NCBI GenBank assembly: GCA_964636385.1
Contig: CAZWSC010000096.1
Coordinates: forward strand, 131,593-195,592
Length of the DNA stretch: 64,000 nt
Reading direction: 5' to 3'
Origin: an uncultured bacterium
GTDB lineage: Bacteria > Eisenbacteria > RBG-16-71-46 > CAIMUX01
Under the pieces are notes generated by a model. The model was not told the DNA's origin. It saw nothing but the letters and a program-made list of their open reading frames with translations, and made no database searches. The position numbers were made by a program, and so were the translations under genes. Position 1 is the stretch's first letter. The number at the start of each line of letters is the position of its first letter. Positions 9,352 through 19,062 of this stretch are shown piece after piece.

Positions 9352-9402
9352 ACCAGTCCTGACCGATCAGGCATGATCCGAACCTGATGGAGGGGTTCGC
9401 GG

Positions 9403-9840
9403 GTGTCGATCCACACATCGTGCAGGAACCTTACAGTACTGGTCGCTGTCTGTGTGTCTCTGGTTTCATGCGGGGGAACGGCCGAACAGGACTCCGCCCG
9501 CCCTCCGGGCACCCAACCATCAGACCAGCGATCCCCGTTCTCCGGGATGCGGCCCGGACCAGACGACACCATGGCGCTGCCCCGGCTCGGGTTCGTCTGG
9601 GAGTTCGACATCCCCGAGGCCTCCGTTCAGGGTGTCGAGGTGGAGGAGATCCGCTTCGTGGTCCATGTGGCTCATCCTTCCGGCGAACCGCATGACACGC
9701 TGGGGACCTGGCACAGCGAGGCTGTCATGAATCTGCACCCGGACTTCCGGCCCGGTGACTGCACATGGTGGGTTGAGGCGATTCTTCCGGACAGATCGGT
9801 CATCCAGAGCCCCAGGTCCGATTTCACGCTCGTGGAATGA
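9403..9840 (+). CDS. Small secreted lipoprotein, hypothetical
   Basis: GTG start preceded by GGAGGGG. Signal peptide with lipobox-like LVSCGG. No recognisable domain. Confidence 0.45.
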   Translation: MSIHTSCRNLTVLVAVCVSLVSCGGTAEQDSARPPGTQPSDQRSPFSGMRPGPDDTMALPRLGFVWEFDIPEASVQGVEVEEIRFVVHVAHPSGEPHDTLGTWHSEAVMNLHPDFRPGDCTWWVEAILPDRSVIQSPRSDFTLVE

Positions 9841-11156
9841 TGGAAGGCAGCCCCGGTGCAGACGGGAGCGGGATCATGAGCCACATTCGGCGCAGCAGTC
9901 CGGTCATAGTTGTGGGGGGCGGCGCGGCGGGCCTCCTGGCCGCGGGGAGTGCGGCACAGGAAGGGGCCCGGGTTCTCGTACTGGAGAAGATGGACCAGGT
10001 CGGACGCAAACTTCGCATAACCGGCAAAGGGCGCTGTAATCTCACCAATACCGCCGATCTCCCGGACTTCCTGAGCCATTTCGGCAGGGGGGGACCGTTT
10101 CTGCGCCCGGCTCTCTTCGCCTTCCCACCGGAACAGGTGGTTGAGCTGCTGGAGGGACTTGGCGTGCCCACGAAGACGGAGCGCGGAGGCCGCGTCTTTC
10201 CGGCAGAAGAGAGGGCGCAGGATGTCGTCGATGCCCTTCTGCGATGGGTCCGGGATCTCGGTGTTGAGTGCCGCACAGGCTGCGCGGTGGATTCCATCCT
10301 GGTGAGGGACGGCGCCGCTGTCGGAACCGGCATGCGTGACGGCAGCAGGCCGGATGCCGCCGCTGTAGTCCTGGCTGCAGGCGGGGCGTCCTATCCGGGC
10401 ACCGGATCCTCGGGCGATTCCTACAGGCTTGCCGAGGCCGCGGGACACACGATCGTCCCGATCCGCCCCGCGCTGGTGCCGCTGATCACGGAAGGAGATG
10501 CCGCCGGGCGGCTCGAAGGGCTCAGCCTGCGCAATGTGACCGCCAGGCTGATCGTGGACGGCAGGCGCGCTGCGGAGGCGTTCGGAGAGATGGTTTTCAC
10601 GGACAGGGGGGTCTCCGGGCCGATCATCCTGACCCTGAGCCGCGAGGCGGGTGATCTGCTGGACCGGGGTGTGCGTGTCGGCCTTCTGCTGGATCTCAAG
10701 CCGGCACTGAATGAGCAGAAGCTGGATGCCCGCATACTGCGCGACATCGGGAGCCAGAGCAGGCGGCGGGCCGGGACCTTTCTGCAGGGGTTGCTTCCCA
10801 GGCGCATGATTCCCATCTGTCTCGAGGCAACCGGGATCCCGCCTGACCAGGTGTGCAGCCAGATCACATCCGACCAGCGGCGGAGGCTCCGTCATTGGCT
10901 CAAGGCGGTCCCCTTCGATGTGAAGGCCGCGGGCAGTCTTGCGGAGGCGATCGTGACTGTCGGCGGCGTGGAGCGCAGGGAGGTGGATCCGAGGACAATG
11001 CAATCGCGCAAGCTCGGGAACCTTTTCCTCGCAGGGGAAGTCCTGGACCTCGACGCCGATACCGGGGGCTTCAACCTGCAGGCCGCATTCTCCACGGGGT
11101 GGCTGGCAGGAAGATCCGCGGCCAGGGCCGCCTGCGTCCCCGATCCCGCGGACTGA
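9837..11156 (+). CDS. HI0933/YhiN/BaiN-like NAD(P)/FAD-dependent oxidoreductase (aminoacetone-oxidase family flavoprotein)
   Basis: Rossmann motif VIVVGGGAAGLLAAG. Family-typical KxTGKGRCNLTN and GLGVPTKTERGGRVFP. C-terminal LFLAGEVLDLDADTGGFNLQAAFSTG. ATGA overlap with the upstream gene. Confidence 0.85.
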   Translation: MMEGSPGADGSGIMSHIRRSSPVIVVGGGAAGLLAAGSAAQEGARVLVLEKMDQVGRKLRITGKGRCNLTNTADLPDFLSHFGRGGPFLRPALFAFPPEQVVELLEGLGVPTKTERGGRVFPAEERAQDVVDALLRWVRDLGVECRTGCAVDSILVRDGAAVGTGMRDGSRPDAAAVVLAAGGASYPGTGSSGDSYRLAEAAGHTIVPIRPALVPLITEGDAAGRLEGLSLRNVTARLIVDGRRAAEAFGEMVFTDRGVSGPIILTLSREAGDLLDRGVRVGLLLDLKPALNEQKLDARILRDIGSQSRRRAGTFLQGLLPRRMIPICLEATGIPPDQVCSQITSDQRRRLRHWLKAVPFDVKAAGSLAEAIVTVGGVERREVDPRTMQSRKLGNLFLAGEVLDLDADTGGFNLQAAFSTGWLAGRSAARAACVPDPAD

Positions 11157-11196
11157 GACCGGTGGACCGGCTTCTGCTCCCTGCTACAATGGCCGC

Positions 11197-12924
11197 GTGA
11201 TCCTACCCACTACACCGGATGAGATGCGCGGACGGGGCTGGGATGCTCTGGACGTCATACTGGTCACAGGCGACACCTACATCGACAGCCCGTTCATCGG
11301 CGTTGCGGTGGTGGGCCGTGTTCTCGAACGCGCCGGATACCGGGTCGGGATCATCGCGCAGCCTGATACGGAGGGAACAGGCGACATCTCCCGACTCGGT
11401 GCACCCAGGCTCTTCTGGGGTGTGACCGGTGGTTCGGTGGATTCCATGGTGGCCAACCATACGGCCTCCCGCCGCCGCCGCAGGTCCGACGACATGACAC
11501 CGGGCGGCCTCAATAACCGCCGCCCGGACCGCGCGGTCATAGTCTACAGCAACCTGATCCGACGGGCATTCAGGCCTGCGGCGCCCATAGTCCTCGGAGG
11601 AGTCGAGGCGAGCCTGCGGAGGGTTGCGCACTACGACTTCTGGTCCGACTCGATCCGCCGCTCGGTTCTCTTCGACGCCAGGGCGGACTACCTGGTCTAC
11701 GGCATGGGTGAGATGCCGGTGGTCGAGCTGGCCCGCAGGCTGCAGCAGAAGAGATCCGTGCAGGGACTGCGCGGGGTCTGCTGGATCTCGAACGAGGTCC
11801 CGGAGGGATACCTGGTGCTTCCCTCCTTTGAGGCCGTGCGCAGAGACAAGAAGGTCTTCACGGAGATGTTCCGCGCCTTCTACGGGAACAGCGATCCGAT
11901 GACGGCCCGGGGGCTGGCGCAACTGCAGGACACGCGCCACCTCGTGCAGAACCCTCCCGCCCTTCCCCTCTCGACACGCCAGCTGGATGCGATCCATGCC
12001 ATGGAGTTCACGCGGGAGGTTCATCCCTTCTACCTGTCCCGGGGACCGGTGAAGGCGCAGGAGACGATCCGCTTCTCGATAGCCGCTCACCGCGGCTGTT
12101 ACGGCGAGTGCAACTTCTGCTCGATCACGGTGCACCAGGGGCGGACCGTGCAGTGGCGCAGCAGGGAGTCGATCGTCAGGGAGGCCCGACGGCTGGCCAG
12201 GTCCGGGGGGTTCCGGGGGATCCTGACGGACATCGGAGGGCCTACCGCCAACATGTACGGCTTCGAGTGCGCGAGGAAGCTGGAGAAGGGGGCGTGCGCG
12301 GACAGGCGCTGCATGTTCCCGCGCATCTGTCCGGGTCTCCGTCCGCGCCACCGGAACCAGATCCGGCTGCTCCGCGCGCTGAGGAAGGTCAGGGGCGTGA
12401 AGAAGGTCTTCGTTGCCTCCGGGATCCGTCACGATCTCGTACTGGCCGACCGTCTTCAGGGCGTTGAGTATCTGGAAGAGCTCGCAGCGCATCATGTCTC
12501 CGGTCAGATGAAGATCGCACCGGAGCACACAGATTCCGGAGTGCTGGAGCTGATGGGCAAACCGGGTCCTGAGTCCCTCGAGCGGTTCAGGAGGCTTTTC
12601 GGGCAGTTGAGCCGCCGCGCGGGGAAGGAGCAGTATCTGACCTACTACCTGATCGCCGCGCATCCGGGATGTACCGGTAAGGAGATGCGCAGTCTGGGCA
12701 GATACGCGGCCAGGCGCCTGCGACTCTCGCCGGAGCAGGTGCAGGTCTTCACGCCCCTGCCGTCTACCTGGTCCGGTGTGATGTACTACACGGAGACTGA
12801 TCCGTTCACGGGTCGACCGATCTTCGTTGAGAAGGATACCCGCCGCAGGGAGGAGCAGAAGCGCCTGGTGACCGGGCAGGCTGCCGATGGTCACGTTAGG
12901 CGCAGGAGGCGCGGGCCGGCTTGA
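11197..12924 (+). CDS. ygiQ: YgiQ-family (UPF0313) radical SAM protein
   Basis: N-terminus LPTTPDEMRGRGWDALDVILVTGDTYIDSPFIGVAVVGRVLERAGYRVGIIAQPD is nearly collinear with E. coli YgiQ. CxxxCxxC cluster CYGECNFCSI. GTG start. Confidence 0.9.
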   Translation: MILPTTPDEMRGRGWDALDVILVTGDTYIDSPFIGVAVVGRVLERAGYRVGIIAQPDTEGTGDISRLGAPRLFWGVTGGSVDSMVANHTASRRRRRSDDMTPGGLNNRRPDRAVIVYSNLIRRAFRPAAPIVLGGVEASLRRVAHYDFWSDSIRRSVLFDARADYLVYGMGEMPVVELARRLQQKRSVQGLRGVCWISNEVPEGYLVLPSFEAVRRDKKVFTEMFRAFYGNSDPMTARGLAQLQDTRHLVQNPPALPLSTRQLDAIHAMEFTREVHPFYLSRGPVKAQETIRFSIAAHRGCYGECNFCSITVHQGRTVQWRSRESIVREARRLARSGGFRGILTDIGGPTANMYGFECARKLEKGACADRRCMFPRICPGLRPRHRNQIRLLRALRKVRGVKKVFVASGIRHDLVLADRLQGVEYLEELAAHHVSGQMKIAPEHTDSGVLELMGKPGPESLERFRRLFGQLSRRAGKEQYLTYYLIAAHPGCTGKEMRSLGRYAARRLRLSPEQVQVFTPLPSTWSGVMYYTETDPFTGRPIFVEKDTRRREEQKRLVTGQAADGHVRRRRRGPA

Positions 12925-13110
12925 TCGATGGATGCCCGGCATGGTAGCCTGCGCCGCAGGAGTTGCGCTTGCGTCGTCCCGCACGCTCCCGCTGCTTTGC
13001 GTGACGAGTCCCACGGATGATCCGGACTGAGTGTCCCGCCGGGTACGGCCCGCAGGCCGCCGGGACGGATGACTATGAGGGGGCACCAGGCTTCCGATCG
13101 GAGGAGCGGA

Positions 13111-14108
13111 TGATGTCTGACAATGGCCATGACAGCAGGACACCCGCATGGCCGGCCGGCGGGAGGTCCCGGCTCCGGCTCTTCCCGGCGCCGCTGCTGC
13201 TCTCCGCCGCAGTCGGCATTCTTGCGGCAATGGCAGGAACCCCGGACGCCAGGGCAGCCCAGTGGCTCTGCCCCGGCTGCACTGACGAGATCGTGGAGCG
13301 TGCCCAGGATGCCCCGTCGCTCGAGTGCCCGAACTGCGGCATCGAGTACACGAGCTTCGAGCTGTCGCCCACCCTCGCGTTCATCAATGCGGCCACGCGC
13401 GACACCGAGACTGCGTGGGTCGTGCATGTTCACGACTGCGATCGCTTTCACACTGACGGCCTGCAGGCGTTCCTCCCGCAGGGAACCGTCTGGGTTCCGT
13501 GGTCGATGGTCGACTGGTTCATCCCAAGGATGCGCATCCTGAGACTGAGAGACGGGCGGGAGGTGGCGACAGACTATCCGCTCGACCGCGCTTATTGCGC
13601 CCGGCCGCCAAAGTTCCTCTACGAGCTCACCGACACTCTCGACGTGCCCGGGAGACCCTTCCAGATCCTGACCGAAGAGCGTGAGGCGAGCATTGCGGAG
13701 CTCTTCATCGTGGCGTTCTCCCCCGAGGGCCGCGATTCCGCCCGGGTCCGTTTCATCCGCGAGATTGAGGCCGGGCTTCATCCAAGGCTGCCCAGGACAT
13801 ATCCGAGGGTCTACCGCCATACCACAGTGCGGATACCGCCAGGGATCGTGGAGGACGGATGGACGGGGGAAGCGCTGTTCGATATCCGACTGCATGAACG
13901 CCGCGGGCTGATCCGCATGAACCTGCTCACCGGTACAGGGGACGAGAGGCTCGACGACATTGCCCGGCAGGCCTTGAGGCAGTCCTCGTTCGGGGTGGCG
14001 GGAGAGCTTGGCGTGGGGGTGCCGAGCTGGCAGAGAGTGCGCGTCTGTTTCGAGGGCGACTCGAGCCGCGTGGAGATCGAACCTGGAGACCAGGGTTTCT
14101 GGCGATAG
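13111..14108 (+). CDS. Secreted hypothetical protein with N-terminal CxxC...CxxC pair
   Basis: ATG 13111 preceded by GAGGAG. Signal peptide LLLSAAVGILAAMAG. CPGC...CPNC motif. No family recognised. First gene of a same-strand run with the two dacA paralogs and thyX-like. Confidence 0.5.
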
Positions 14109-14122
14109 GGTCTCGGTCGGGG

Positions 14123-15424
14123 ATGTTTCTACAGCCGATCAGGGAGGATCGCATGGGCCGTGGTGCCGTCTCGTCGCATGGAGGATGGTCATCGAAGCTT
14201 CCGGGGAGGGGGTCAATCAGGTGGAGACCCGGGGCGGTTTCGCTTCTCGTGTTCGCGCTCTGCTGCGCCGCTTCCTGTGGCGCAGACCGGGGGGAACAGC
14301 GTGAAGCCCGGGATATCGAGCCCGGGGAGCCTCTCTTTCTGTTCGTGGGAGCTCCCCTGCGGATAGATCCGATCCGCGCCGCATCCGCGATCCTTATCGA
14401 GCCTGAGACCAACGCCGTTCTGTACGAGCAGAATGCGCACGAGCCGAGATCTCCGGCGAGCCTGGTGAAGATCATGCTGGAGCTCGTGACACTCAACGAG
14501 ATCGAGGCCGGCCGGCTTTCCCTGGATGACTCGGTCGCCACTTCCGCCTATGCCAGCAGGATCGGGGGTTCGCAGGTCTACCTGGCGGAAGGGGAACGCT
14601 TCCCGGTAAGGGATCTGCTCAGGGCGGTCTCCATTCACTCCGCCAACGATGCATGCGTCGCCCTTGCCGAGCACATCACGGGATCCGCAGAAGGTTTCGT
14701 CATGCTCATGAATGCGACTGCCGATCATCATGGGTTGGAGGACACCCGATTCGCCAATGTGCACGGTCTGGACATCAACCCACAGGCGCAGAACGTGAGC
14801 ACAGCCCGGGACATCTCGCAGATGGGACGTGAACTGATCCGTTACCCCGGGGCATTGGAAAGATCCTCAACCGAGATGGCCCTCTTCAGGAACGGAGAGT
14901 TCGAGATGAGGAACCGCAACAGCCTGGTGGGCCGGTTTCCCGGGCTGGACGGGGTCAAGACCGGTTTCACGAACAGGGCCGGCCACTGCCTCTGCGCAAC
15001 GGCGGTGCGCAACGACATGCGTCTCATCTCCGTTGTGATGGGCGCCAACTCGAGCCAGGATCGCTTCAGGGAATCCGCGCGGCTCCTCTCCGCCGGATTC
15101 AGCAGTTATCTGCCGTACAGGTTCAGTGAGTTCGGAGACACCCTCGAGAGCTCTGTTGCGATTCCCGGAGGGAGTCCGGGTACCGTCGCCGCGATCGCCG
15201 ATCGCAGTGTGACGCTGCTGGTCTCCAGGCCCGACGAGCGCGACATCACAACTGAGTTTGTTCCGAGAACCGGTCTTGCCGCTCCGCTGGAGGCGGGCGA
15301 CACGCTGGGCATCTGCCTGGTGAGGTCGGGCGTAAACATCCTGGCTGAGATCCCGGCAGTGAGCCCCGAGCCTGTCGCCCGTACCGGCATCGGTCCTCTG
15401 GTCCGGCGCATCTTCGGCGGGTGA
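14123..15424 (+). CDS. dacA: D-alanyl-D-alanine carboxypeptidase (peptidase S11, PBP5/6-like), paralog 1
   Basis: SxxK (SPASLVKIM), SxN (SANDACVAL) and KTG (KTGFTNRAGHCL) motifs. Signal/lipoprotein-like N-terminus. Alternative ATG at 14153 has a better RBS (GGGAGGA). Confidence 0.85.
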   Translation: MFLQPIREDRMGRGAVSSHGGWSSKLPGRGSIRWRPGAVSLLVFALCCAASCGADRGEQREARDIEPGEPLFLFVGAPLRIDPIRAASAILIEPETNAVLYEQNAHEPRSPASLVKIMLELVTLNEIEAGRLSLDDSVATSAYASRIGGSQVYLAEGERFPVRDLLRAVSIHSANDACVALAEHITGSAEGFVMLMNATADHHGLEDTRFANVHGLDINPQAQNVSTARDISQMGRELIRYPGALERSSTEMALFRNGEFEMRNRNSLVGRFPGLDGVKTGFTNRAGHCLCATAVRNDMRLISVVMGANSSQDRFRESARLLSAGFSSYLPYRFSEFGDTLESSVAIPGGSPGTVAAIADRSVTLLVSRPDERDITTEFVPRTGLAAPLEAGDTLGICLVRSGVNILAEIPAVSPEPVARTGIGPLVRRIFGG

Positions 15425-16701
15425 GCATGACAAGGCCGATCCGCAACAACATGGATGGCATCGTGTCCGGCTGCAGACGCGGAGCAAGCCGTGCCTTCGA
15501 GTGTGGAACCACCGTGATCCGTTCGGGTGGTCTGGCTGTAATGCTGATTGCCGTGGCTGCCGCCCTTGTGTGCGTCCGGACATCGGATGCTCCGGCCTAT
15601 CCCTCGCGTGCCGGTGCCGCGCCGACGATAGTTCCTACCTGCCGCGGAGACTACGCCGCGGCAATCGTCGTGGAGGTGGAGACCGGCACGGTGCTGTCAT
15701 CGAGGAATCCGGATCTGGTGCGCTCTCCGGCCAGCCTGACAAAGCTGATGACCGGCCTTCTGGTCCTGGAGGCGATCAGGGAAGGCCAGGTCTCGCTGGA
15801 GGACTCGCTGGTTACGCCGAAGGAGGTCAGGGCGACATACGGATCAAGGGTTCATCTGTGGGTTGGGGAGAGGGTATCCATACACGATGCCCTTGCCGCG
15901 CTCTTCATCGCATCCGGAAACGATGCGGCCACCGCCCTTGCCTGTCATCTTGGCGGATCCGAGGAGGCGTTCGTGCGAAGGATGAATGAGCGTGCGGGCG
16001 AACTGGGGATGTACAGGACTCACTTCACGAATCCACATGGCCTGGACAACGGCCGGCACTCGACCAATGTGTCGACTGCCAGAGACATGGCGAGACTGTC
16101 CCGCGAGCTTCTGCGGCATCCCCTGGCCATGGAGATATCGGGAATGGAGACCCACACCATCCGCGGGACGCAGGCCATACGCAACACGAACAGGCTGGTC
16201 GGGCGGCTTCCCGGGGTGAACGGATTGAAGACGGGTTACACATCCAGGGCCGGCTTCTGTCTCGCCGCCGCAGCCGAGCGTAATGGCCTGCGGATCGTTA
16301 CGGTGCTGCTGGGCTCACCTGCGGGGAACACTCGCTTCAGCGAAGCGGCAGGTTTGATTACCAGGGCGTTTACCGAGTACCAGGTGGTTCCCATGGTGCG
16401 CGAAGGGCAGGACCTGGCAAGGATGCTGATGGTGCGCAACGGTTCTCCATCCCGCGTTCGCCTCATGGCCGGATCGGATGTCAGCGTTCTTCTATCCACT
16501 GAGAACAGGCTCGAGGTGCGCCTGGAGGTCGACGCGCCGCCGCTTGTGCATGCCCCTGTCAGGCCCGGCGCGAGGCTGGGTCACGTCCGGGTCTTCATCG
16601 CCGACAGCCTGGCGGCGGAAGGGCCTGCGGTGGCCGCGTCCCATGTCCGCAGGGCCGGCTTACTGGACCGGCTCGGCCGGCACTTCGGGCTGGGTGAGTA
16701 G
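15421..16701 (+). CDS. dacA: D-alanyl-D-alanine carboxypeptidase (peptidase S11), paralog 2
   Basis: SPASLTKLM, SGNDAATAL and KTGYTSRAGFCL motifs. Overlaps the stop of paralog 1 (GTGAGCATG). ATG 15427 is an alternative start. Confidence 0.85.
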   Translation: MSMTRPIRNNMDGIVSGCRRGASRAFECGTTVIRSGGLAVMLIAVAAALVCVRTSDAPAYPSRAGAAPTIVPTCRGDYAAAIVVEVETGTVLSSRNPDLVRSPASLTKLMTGLLVLEAIREGQVSLEDSLVTPKEVRATYGSRVHLWVGERVSIHDALAALFIASGNDAATALACHLGGSEEAFVRRMNERAGELGMYRTHFTNPHGLDNGRHSTNVSTARDMARLSRELLRHPLAMEISGMETHTIRGTQAIRNTNRLVGRLPGVNGLKTGYTSRAGFCLAAAAERNGLRIVTVLLGSPAGNTRFSEAAGLITRAFTEYQVVPMVREGQDLARMLMVRNGSPSRVRLMAGSDVSVLLSTENRLEVRLEVDAPPLVHAPVRPGARLGHVRVFIADSLAAEGPAVAASHVRRAGLLDRLGRHFGLGE

Positions 16702-16712
16702 GTTGCCCGGGC

Positions 16713-18311
16713 ATGAGTTTCGAGCCGATGGTCCGCGGGATCGGCAATGGGCCGGGATCTGAGGCAGCGGAGAGGATGGTGCCCTTGCGCGTCGAACTGG
16801 CCGGGTTCAACATCGATTCCGCGGTGCAGGATGAAGCCCGCCGGCATCTCGGGCGGTTTGCCGATCTGCCGCCATCCGGCGACCCTGAGGTGGAGAGCAT
16901 CCGCCGGGACGTGCAGGCCTTCCTGGCGCAGGACTGCTGGACTCCCGAGATCCTCGCGGCGGCTTACGCCCGGATCAGCCGCGATCCCGCCGCCGTCGGA
17001 GAGCTGCGCGCGAAGGCCCGCTCCGAGGTGGACAGGGCGCGCAGGAGCAATGAGACGATCGTCTTCGGCATGGGCCACAGCTCCGTGGCCGAGCATGCCG
17101 TCTTCAACTTCGATGTCACCGGATTGTCCCGCCTTGCCGTGGAAGTACTGGAAGGCCGTCGGCTGGCCAGCTTCACGGAGAAGTCACAGCGTTACATCCT
17201 GCTGGAGGAAGACTGGGTTCTGCCCGGGGAGATCCGTGGGACCGCCTGCGAGGCACTCTTCCGCGAGACCCTGGAGGCGCAGTGCAGATTCTACAGCGAG
17301 GCTTACGAGCGGCTCACGGGCCGTGCCGACGCTGATGAAGCCGGCGGGGCTGCCAGAGCGACGGAGGTGGCGAAGACTCGCCGCGAGATCGAAGGATCGG
17401 CCAGGGAGGATGCCCGCTACGGCCTCAGCCTTGCCACTACTGTTCAGCTCGGGATGACGGTGAATGCCCGGACTCTCGAGTCCCTGATCCGCGGGTGCAG
17501 GGCGCATGAGCTCTCGGAGTTGCGATCCCTCGGCGATGCCTTCTACGGTGCGTCAGGCGGACTGGCTCCCTCCCTGATCAAGTACACGGATCCCTCACCC
17601 TATCTGACGGGGGCAAGACCCCGACTGGCCGGCATTGTTGAGAGGGCCGGTTCTTCCGGCTGCGAGGATGCGCACGACGCGGCCGTCCGACTTGTCTCAT
17701 GCACGCCGGATGCCGACCGGGTACTCGCGGGGGCGATCATCTACTCCTTCGGCCATGGTGACTACGGGGCATCGATGCGGAAGGCGCGGCAACTGTCGCA
17801 GAGGGAACTGGAGGCGCTGGTCCGGGCTCATCTCGACCTGCTGGGTCCGCACGATGCGGTCCTGAGGGAGTTCGAGCATGTCGAGCTGACGTACGATCTG
17901 ACTGTCAGCGCGGCATGCTATGCGCAGCTCAAGAGGCACCGGATGGCCACGATTACTGCGCAGAACTACGATCCCTCCCTGGGCGTCACGATTCCCGACT
18001 CATTCCTCGATGCAGGACTCAACGAACCCTTCCTGGAGCTGGTGCGGCGGACCGAGGAGTGTCGCGAACGGATCGCGAGGGAATCACAGCCGGCGTCCGC
18101 GTACATTCTGACGAATGCCCACCGGCGGCGCGTGCTCCTGAAGGTCAACGCCCGCGAGCTTGTGCACATATCGAGATTGCGGGAAGACAGGCACGCCCAG
18201 TGGGACATCCGGCGCGTGGCGGCTGCGATGATCTCGCAGGCGCGGGGATGCATGCCCCTGACGATGTCGGCCGCCGGCGGCAAGGATGCATTCGGGCAGG
18301 CTTCGGCGTGA
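16713..18311 (+). CDS. thyX: Flavin-dependent thymidylate synthase ThyX-like protein with two tandem ThyX domains
   Basis: Domain 1 has GHSSVAEHAVFNFDV...EGRRLASFTEKSQRY and TVNARTLESLIRGCRAHE. Domain 2 has FEHVELTYDL...KRHRMATITAQNY and KVNARELVHISRLREDRHAQWDIR. Both match the ThyX RHRxxSxxxxSxRY and NAR...H..W.. signatures. N-terminus PLRVELAGFNI resembles mycobacterial ThyX (PLRVQLIA), so ATG 16776 may be the true start. Confidence 0.7.
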   Translation: MSFEPMVRGIGNGPGSEAAERMVPLRVELAGFNIDSAVQDEARRHLGRFADLPPSGDPEVESIRRDVQAFLAQDCWTPEILAAAYARISRDPAAVGELRAKARSEVDRARRSNETIVFGMGHSSVAEHAVFNFDVTGLSRLAVEVLEGRRLASFTEKSQRYILLEEDWVLPGEIRGTACEALFRETLEAQCRFYSEAYERLTGRADADEAGGAARATEVAKTRREIEGSAREDARYGLSLATTVQLGMTVNARTLESLIRGCRAHELSELRSLGDAFYGASGGLAPSLIKYTDPSPYLTGARPRLAGIVERAGSSGCEDAHDAAVRLVSCTPDADRVLAGAIIYSFGHGDYGASMRKARQLSQRELEALVRAHLDLLGPHDAVLREFEHVELTYDLTVSAACYAQLKRHRMATITAQNYDPSLGVTIPDSFLDAGLNEPFLELVRRTEECRERIARESQPASAYILTNAHRRRVLLKVNARELVHISRLREDRHAQWDIRRVAAAMISQARGCMPLTMSAAGGKDAFGQASA

Positions 18312-18379
18312 CACGAATCCGATCCGGCCCGATCATCCGCGTGCACTTCCGGTGTCAGGGGGTGCGCGAGTGATGCGGT

Positions 18380-18982
18380 CTAACGGATCAGCCTGCTCCA
18401 GGCCTTGAACTGTGCCGTTGCGCACACCTCGAGCATCTCGAAGATCGCAGTCTCCAGGTTCGTGATCTTCACACCCTCCTGCTCCATCCGGCGAAGCGCG
18501 GTCTCCTTGTGGAGGGAGCTCCGCGACGAGACCGCATCCGCGGCGAGGTGCACCTCGAACCCCATCTGAACGAGGTGCAGTGCCGTCTGCAGCACGCAGA
18601 CGTGGGACTCAACGCCGCAGAGCACGACCTCCCGGCGGCCCAGCGCCCGCAGTCTCTCCATGAAGGGGGGGTGGAGCGCGCAGCTGAAGCTGAGCTTGTC
18701 CATCGGGTCATAGCAGGCCCGGGGGTCCTCCGCGGGAATGCCGGCATCACCTGCGGCCTCCCCGAGCGGGTCCGGGCCGTCCAGGGCCTCGATCACACGG
18801 GGGTCGGTGGCTCCGATCCCTTTGGCGTACTGCTCGGTGATCAGGATCGGCGCCCTCAGGATCCGGAAGCCGAGGATGAGGCGGCGGATCGCCTCCACGA
18901 CCATGTCGGAGTCCTGCATCACGGGCAGGATGCGCTCCTGCACGTCTATGACCGCCAGAACGGCCTTTTCCCTGCTCAACAT
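18380..18982 (-). CDS. Isochorismatase-family cysteine hydrolase
   Basis: MLSREKAVLAVIDVQ start and the characteristic VVLCGVESHVCVLQTALHL (catalytic Cys) region. Typical 200-aa size. Confidence 0.78.
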   Translation of the reverse strand: MLSREKAVLAVIDVQERILPVMQDSDMVVEAIRRLILGFRILRAPILITEQYAKGIGATDPRVIEALDGPDPLGEAAGDAGIPAEDPRACYDPMDKLSFSCALHPPFMERLRALGRREVVLCGVESHVCVLQTALHLVQMGFEVHLAADAVSSRSSLHKETALRRMEQEGVKITNLETAIFEMLEVCATAQFKAWSRLIR

Positions 18983-19062
18983 GTTTCGAGTCCTCCGGGC
19001 GGTTGTCCGTCATGCCCTGCCGGCGGGCATCCGGCGGGGCGCAGGCTGCGATCCGGCAGAGT

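Noticed and set aside
9672-11003. 443-aa minus-strand ORF
   Set aside because: Antisense to the HI0933-like flavoprotein gene, which has strong family motifs.
11203-13230. 675-aa ORF on the minus strand
   Set aside because: Antisense to the well-supported YgiQ radical-SAM gene. Arg/Pro/Gly-rich and not protein-like; a typical high-GC shadow ORF.
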